The notes beneath the pieces were generated by a model, which had not been told where the DNA came from, made no database searches, and saw only the letters and a list, made by a program, of their open reading frames with translations. 64,000 nt of DNA from Acidimicrobiales bacterium (GTDB lineage Bacteria > Actinomycetota > Acidimicrobiia > Acidimicrobiales > RAAP-2): the NCBI GenBank assembly GCA_035604685.1, contig DATNIB010000049.1, positions 8,324 through 72,323 of the forward strand, written 5' to 3'. Within the stretch, counting starts at the first letter, position 1. Each line of letters begins with the position of its first letter. A program made the position numbers and the translations under genes. This document shows, in pieces, positions 59,410 to 64,000 of this stretch.

Positions 59410-61505
59410 CGGTTCGCCGTCCCGGCGCCCACGCTCGGACGGGCCTCGTCCGCCGACGCCTCCTCGAGCGGCGGGTCGGCCGGGCCGGCCCCGAGCGCCG
59501 CCTCTCCCGCGCGACCCGAGACCGGGTCGGTGGCCCGACGGCGCCGTCCCGGGAACACGGCCAGGAGGCCGCCCACCCCGATGATGAGTCCGCCGGCCCA
59601 CATCCAGTCGATGAGGGGCTCCACGGTCACGCCGAGCCCGATCGATCCGGAGGCCAGGTTGGTGATGACCTGGGCGCCGGTGGCGCCCCCGGACCCGCCG
59701 AGCGCGTCGAAGGTGAGGTAGACGTCGCCGGTGAACCCCGAGTCGATGGCCGGCGTGCCGACGACCTGGGAGTTGGTGCCCGCGAACTGGGTGACGGCCG
59801 GCCGGAAGACCCCCCCGTGGTCCACTTGGATCAGCGCTTGGGTCGCCCGCCGCGAGGCGGACGTCACCGTGGCCAGCCGCTCGAACCGCAAGGTGTGCCC
59901 GTCGAAAGTCCGCGTCTGCCCGGGCGAGAGCGCCAGCTCGCCGCGCTGGGTGTAGGAGGTGGCGGCCGTGATGCCGATGGCGAGCACGACGACGCCGAGG
60001 TGGACCACCATGCCGCCGTTGGCGCGCGTGCGGAAGCTGGCCAGGGTGCCTTGGCCGGCGCGGCGCCCGGCCCGCACCGACAGCGCGATGGAGCGCACGG
60101 CGGACGAGGCGGCGAACGTGCCCAGCCCGAACGCCAGCAGCGGCGCGACCCCACGCAGCCCGGCGGCGACGCAGCCGACGATGACGAGAACCCCGGCCCA
60201 GGCCGGCACCGCGACCCGGTGCCACAGCACGCCCGCGTCGATCTTGCGCCACGACAGCGCGGGGGCGAGCGCCATCAGCACCAAAAGGCCCAGCCCGACC
60301 GGGACCGCCACGGTGTTGAAGTAGGGCGCGCCCACCGTGACCGCCTGGTGCTTCAGCGCCTGGTACAGGAGGGGGAACAGCGTGCCGAGCAGCACGACGA
60401 AGGCGAAGCCGACGAAGAGCAGGTTGTTGAGCAAGAACGCGCCCTCCCGGCCGAGCGGCGCATCGATCCCCCCCGGGGCGCGCAGGCGGTCACCGCGCCA
60501 CGCGATGAGTCCGAAGCCGACGGCGACGGTGAGCAGGAAGAAGCCGATGAGCAGGGGGCCGAGGGTGGATTCGCTGAAGGCGTGCACCGACTGAATGACG
60601 CCCGAGCGCGTGAGGAAGGTGGCGAGGATGGTCAGCGCGAAGGTGGCGACCGAGAGCGACAGGTTCCAGACGCGCAGGAGGCCGCGGCGCTCCTGGACCA
60701 GGACCGAGTGCAGGTAGGCCGTCCCGCACAGCCAGGGCAACAGGGCGGCGTTCTCGACCGGGTCCCAGCCCCAGAACCCGCCCCAGCCGAGCACCTGGTA
60801 GGACCACCAGGCGCCGAGGACGATGCCGACCGAGAGCAGCGTCCAGGCGGCGAGCGTCCAGCGCCGCGTCTCGATCTGCCAGCGCTCCCCCACCCGACCG
60901 GTGGCCAGCATGCCGACGGCGAAGGCGAAGGGCACCGTGAAGCCGACGAAGCCGAGGTAGAGCAGGGGCGGGTGGATCGCCACCAGCGGGTTGTCCTGCA
61001 GGAGGGCGTTGGGTCCGGCGCCCTGCGCGGGGGCCTGGCCGACCACGTGGACGAACGGGTTGGCCGGGCCCAGCATGAGCCCGATGAAGAAGGCGGACAC
61101 GCAGAAGAGGACGAGGGTGGCCCAGGCGACGACCGGGTCGCGGCTCGCGCGGTAGCGCCACACCAGCAGGCCGGTGAAGGCCGACAGCGCAAGGCCCCAC
61201 AGCAGGATCGACCCGGCCAGGGCCGACCACAGCCCGGTGATCGAGTAGAGGAGCGGGGTGGCGCGGCTGTTGTTGTCGGCCACGAAGGCGATCGAGAAGT
61301 CGTGGGTGACGAGCGCGTGCTCCATCGCCGCCACCGCGATGCCCATGCCGAGCACGACGAGCGGCGCCAGGAGCCGGCCGTCGAGGCGCGGGTCGGTCGC
61401 CCGGCCCCGGGCCCGGCGCACGAGCGACACGGAGAGCAGCAGGGCGCCCGACACGGCCGCGGCGAACCCCAGCCACACCCCGACTTGGCCCAGGAGGGCG
61501 TTCAC
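59406..61505 (-). CDS. ccmF: cytochrome c heme lyase subunit CcmF
   Basis: 699 aa and polytopic, with a WWD-type region (GGFWGWDPVENAALLPWL) and conserved His-containing loops. Confidence 0.9.
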   Translation of the reverse strand: MNALLGQVGVWLGFAAAVSGALLLSVSLVRRARGRATDPRLDGRLLAPLVVLGMGIAVAAMEHALVTHDFSIAFVADNNSRATPLLYSITGLWSALAGSILLWGLALSAFTGLLVWRYRASRDPVVAWATLVLFCVSAFFIGLMLGPANPFVHVVGQAPAQGAGPNALLQDNPLVAIHPPLLYLGFVGFTVPFAFAVGMLATGRVGERWQIETRRWTLAAWTLLSVGIVLGAWWSYQVLGWGGFWGWDPVENAALLPWLCGTAYLHSVLVQERRGLLRVWNLSLSVATFALTILATFLTRSGVIQSVHAFSESTLGPLLIGFFLLTVAVGFGLIAWRGDRLRAPGGIDAPLGREGAFLLNNLLFVGFAFVVLLGTLFPLLYQALKHQAVTVGAPYFNTVAVPVGLGLLVLMALAPALSWRKIDAGVLWHRVAVPAWAGVLVIVGCVAAGLRGVAPLLAFGLGTFAASSAVRSIALSVRAGRRAGQGTLASFRTRANGGMVVHLGVVVLAIGITAATSYTQRGELALSPGQTRTFDGHTLRFERLATVTSASRRATQALIQVDHGGVFRPAVTQFAGTNSQVVGTPAIDSGFTGDVYLTFDALGGSGGATGAQVITNLASGSIGLGVTVEPLIDWMWAGGLIIGVGGLLAVFPGRRRRATDPVSGRAGEAALGAGPADPPLEEASADEARPSVGAGTANR

Positions 61506-61523
61506 GGCGCCCGGACCGGACCT

Positions 61524-62009
61524 TCAGCGAACCGTGCCGTTGGGGGCGCGGACCCGACCGGGGTGGGCGGCGATGTAGTTGGCGCTGTGCTTCACCATGA
61601 TCTGGTCCGACACGAACAGGCGCGAGGACGCGCTGGCGAAGTGGCCGACCACCACCACCGGGATGTTGGCCTGGAACAACCCCGGTGGCGACCCCGTGTT
61701 GTGCACCACCACGCGCTCGGAGCCTTGGCCGACCACGAAGTCGGTGCCGAGGCGGGTGGGCCGGATGCTCCCGCGCACGACCACGCCCTCCAGGCGCAGC
61801 GTGGTCGTGCCGAGCGACGACTTCTGCGCCAGCGCCTGATGGACCGTGTCGAAGTAGTCGAGCGCGTTGCCCAACCCCTCGACCAGCAGGAAGACCAGCG
61901 CACCGGCCAGCACGACGGCCGCGACGGCCAGGCGCAGGCGGGGGCGCCGGCGCCGCACCGCCCGCGGGTCGACGTCACTGGCCGGCGCCGCGGCGTCGAC
62001 GACGGTCAC
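61524..62009 (-). CDS. ccmE: heme chaperone CcmE
   Basis: An N-terminal TM is followed by an OB fold (LRLEGVVVRGS...) and the heme-binding HxxxY motif (VKHSANY). Confidence 0.85.
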   Translation of the reverse strand: MTVVDAAAPASDVDPRAVRRRRPRLRLAVAAVVLAGALVFLLVEGLGNALDYFDTVHQALAQKSSLGTTTLRLEGVVVRGSIRPTRLGTDFVVGQGSERVVVHNTGSPPGLFQANIPVVVVGHFASASSRLFVSDQIMVKHSANYIAAHPGRVRAPNGTVR

Positions 62010-62131
62010 CGCGCGTCGCGATCGACGCGGCCCGCGGTCCTCTCGAGTCGTCGGCGGCGCACGACCAGGCTGACCGAGTAGGAGAACAGGACGCTCAAGG
62101 CGACGACGTAGCCGGCGTCGACGTACTTCAC
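62006..62131 (-). CDS. ccmD: small membrane protein, probable CcmD
   Basis: 41 aa (VKYVDAGYVVALSVLFSYSVSLVVRRRRLERTAGRVDRDAR), consisting of a single TM plus a basic tail. GTGA overlaps on both sides link it to ccmC and ccmE. Confidence 0.5.
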   Translation of the reverse strand: MKYVDAGYVVALSVLFSYSVSLVVRRRRLERTAGRVDRDAR

Positions 62132-62922
62132 GTCGGCCGTCCGCTCGGCACGGGCACCGACGGGGCGTCGGCCGGCGGCGGTGAGTCGTCCTCCGCCCAG
62201 CGCTCGGCGAGGGTCACCTCCAGCGCCTCCTCGCCCACCCGATCCGAGAGGACCTCGATGCGGTAGCGGAGGGCGACCATCCAGACGAAGAGGAGCGTCA
62301 TCGCCACGAAGCCGAGGAGGAGCGTCCAGGCCATCGAGCCGTGGATGGTGGGGGAAAGGTTGGCGTTGAGCACCGTCGCCCCCTGGTGGAGGGTCTGCCA
62401 CCACACGACCGAGAAGTGCACGATCGGGACGTCGACGAACGCCACCAGGGCGGCCACGGCGCAGCGCTTGGCCCGGACCTCGGGGTCGGCCGGGACCCGG
62501 CGGAGCGCCAGGTAGCCGAGGAACAAGACGAGGAGGAGCGCGGTCGAGGTGAGGCGGGCGTCCCAGGTCCACCACACCCCCCACGTCGGCCGGCCCCACA
62601 GGGTGCCGGTGGCGAGCGTGAGGGCGGTGAACACGACGCCGACCTCGACCGAGGCGGCGGCCAGCCGGTCCCAGAACAGCGACCGGGTGCGCTTCCAGAG
62701 GTACAGGAGGCTCGAGAGCGCGGCCAGCCCGAAGGCCAGGTAGAGCGAGACCCAGGCGACGGGGGGGTGGAGGTAGACGAGGCGCACCAGGTTGCCCTGC
62801 GTCCGGTCCGGCGGCGTGACCCATAGGCCGAGCCACACCGTGGCGGCCACGGAGACCAGCGCGCCGGCGCCCACGATGGCGAGGACGCGCGGGGACCAGC
62901 CGGCGCCGGCGGGCCGGCTCAC
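62128..62922 (-). CDS. ccmC: heme exporter/handling protein CcmC
   Basis: The WWD motif is WGRPTWGVWWTWDARL, with flanking conserved His residues (YLHPP, IVHFSV). GTG 62922 overlaps the ccmB stop. Confidence 0.85.
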   Translation of the reverse strand: MSRPAGAGWSPRVLAIVGAGALVSVAATVWLGLWVTPPDRTQGNLVRLVYLHPPVAWVSLYLAFGLAALSSLLYLWKRTRSLFWDRLAAASVEVGVVFTALTLATGTLWGRPTWGVWWTWDARLTSTALLLVLFLGYLALRRVPADPEVRAKRCAVAALVAFVDVPIVHFSVVWWQTLHQGATVLNANLSPTIHGSMAWTLLLGFVAMTLLFVWMVALRYRIEVLSDRVGEEALEVTLAERWAEDDSPPPADAPSVPVPSGRPT

Positions 62923-63590
62923 CCGGTCTCCAGGAGTGGCCCGTAGAGCAGGATCCCGACCACCAGGTAGGCGGCGGCGAACGGCCCGAGCACGCGCAAC
63001 CAGCCGGTGCCCGCGGCGACGCTGCCGTGCTGGAGGGCGCCGGCCCACGCCCGCGATGCCGCCAGGAGGACCGGGGCCAAGACGGGGAGCACGAGGAGGG
63101 GCAGGAGCGTCTCGCGCACGCGCAGCCCCGCCGACAGCGCGCCGTAGAGGACGCCCGCCGACGCCAACCCGACCGTGGCCAGGACGGAGGCCACGACGGC
63201 CAGCCACGGGGTCTCGACGTGCACCCCGAAGAGCACCGTCATCCCCGCCCACACCACCACCTGGAGGACGGCCAGCTCGAGCGCGACGGCCGCCACCTTG
63301 CCCAGGAACACGCCGGCCGGGTCGATACCCGACAGGCGGAGCGCGTCGCGCGTCCCCTCCCCCGACTCGATGGCGAAGCTGCGCTGGACGGCCAGCACCG
63401 TCGAGAAGAGCACCGCCAGCCAGAACAGCCCGGGGGCCGCCGCGGCCAACGCGGCGCGCCCGGGGCCGAGGGCGAACGCGTACAGGAAGAGCGAGAGCAC
63501 CGCCACCGGCAGCACCTGCCAGAGGGCGATACGCGAGCGGAGCTCGATGCGCAGATCCTTGGCGGCCACCAGCCGGGCGTCACGCCACAT
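62919..63590 (-). CDS. ccmB: heme exporter permease CcmB
   Basis: 223 aa with six TM segments and a typical CcmB N-terminus (KDLRIELRSRIALWQVL, FAIESGEGTRDAL). Confidence 0.85.
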   Translation of the reverse strand: MWRDARLVAAKDLRIELRSRIALWQVLPVAVLSLFLYAFALGPGRAALAAAAPGLFWLAVLFSTVLAVQRSFAIESGEGTRDALRLSGIDPAGVFLGKVAAVALELAVLQVVVWAGMTVLFGVHVETPWLAVVASVLATVGLASAGVLYGALSAGLRVRETLLPLLVLPVLAPVLLAASRAWAGALQHGSVAAGTGWLRVLGPFAAAYLVVGILLYGPLLETG

Positions 63591-64000
63591 GGGTTCCTCC
63601 GTCGGGCACGGCCGCCAGCTTGGCCCGACGCCCGCCCGGCCGGACGTCGCGCACGCGGCCGCCGGCCAGCGTCACCACCCGGTCGGCGATGCCGGTCGCC
63701 AGGGCCTGCTCGTGGGTGGTGAAGACGACCGTGGCGCCGCCCCGCACCGCCTCGTCGAGCACCGCGTCGACGACCCGGCGGGTCGCGGCGTCGAGCCCGG
63801 CGTGGGGCTCGTCGAGCAGCCACAGCTCCGGGGCCCGCGCCAGCACCGCAGCCAGCGCCACCCGGCGGCGCTGGCCGGCCGAGAGGCGCCCGGCGTCGAC
63901 CTTGGCCAAGCGCCCGGTGATGCCCAGCCGCTCGAGGGCGGCCTGCGCCAGGTGGACCGGCGCGCCGGCCGCGCGGACCGCGAAGCGGACGTTCTCGGTG
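63580..64000 (-). CDS. ccmA: heme exporter ATP-binding protein CcmA (C-terminal part; the gene runs off the right edge)
   Basis: In-frame translation to the window edge gives TENVRFAV..., the ABC signature LSAGQRRRVALA, and Walker B LWLLDEPHAGLD. Confidence 0.8.
   Translation of the reverse strand, partial: TENVRFAVRAAGAPVHLAQAALERLGITGRLAKVDAGRLSAGQRRRVALAAVLARAPELWLLDEPHAGLDAATRRVVDAVLDEAVRGGATVVFTTHEQALATGIADRVVTLAGGRVRDVRPGGRRAKLAAVPDGGTHVA

Overview
This is a high-GC, actinobacterial-type chromosomal segment. WhiB, a PdtaS-like kinase, Rho with an N-terminal insertion and the DUF3090/SCO1664 families all point that way. It is densely coding, with about 60 CDS and one tRNA-Arg. I saw no CRISPR array, transposase, integrase or phage genes. 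Many junctions are translationally coupled by ATGA/GTGA overlaps. The ORF track is full of long spurious ORFs (antisense or alternative-frame, typical of high GC). I trimmed several tracked ORFs to the start where recognisable homology begins.

Layout:
- 1-14.1 kb: conserved housekeeping block (glyA, tsaC-prmC-prfA-rpmE-rho, thrC-hom-lysA). An opposite-strand GGDEF/EAL gene sits where thrB is expected, next to a 725-bp non-coding gap.
- 14.2-28.0 kb: an accessory-looking block between lysA and argS. It holds tRNA-Arg, hydrolases, a methyltransferase, an F420-type nitroreductase, an orphan FtsX permease, an ADH/TetR pair with a perfect operator palindrome, and a gamma-glutamylation catabolic operon.
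- 28-38 kb: argS, acnA, a DEAD-box helicase, bcp, and Nei and UDG glycosylases flanking an orphan FrhB-like F420/Fe-S protein.
- 38.8-43.3 kb: a conserved trio of unknown function (phosphomutase-like, DUF3090, SCO1664 kinase-like) and an MBOAT+SGNH acyltransferase pair.
- 43.5-57.5 kb: etfBA, GDPD, whiB with a perfect CRP-type site, pdtaS, paired ArsA/Get3-like ATPases plus DUF3107, dGTPase, Mrp, and a Cys-rich wHTH regulator with NifS.
- 57.5-64 kb: a complete System I cytochrome c maturation operon (ccmABCDEFGHI). This is unexpected for an actinobacterial background and is my top candidate for follow-up.

Nothing here looks like an obvious new defence or mobile system. The most promising unknowns are the conserved uncharacterised modules listed in the findings.
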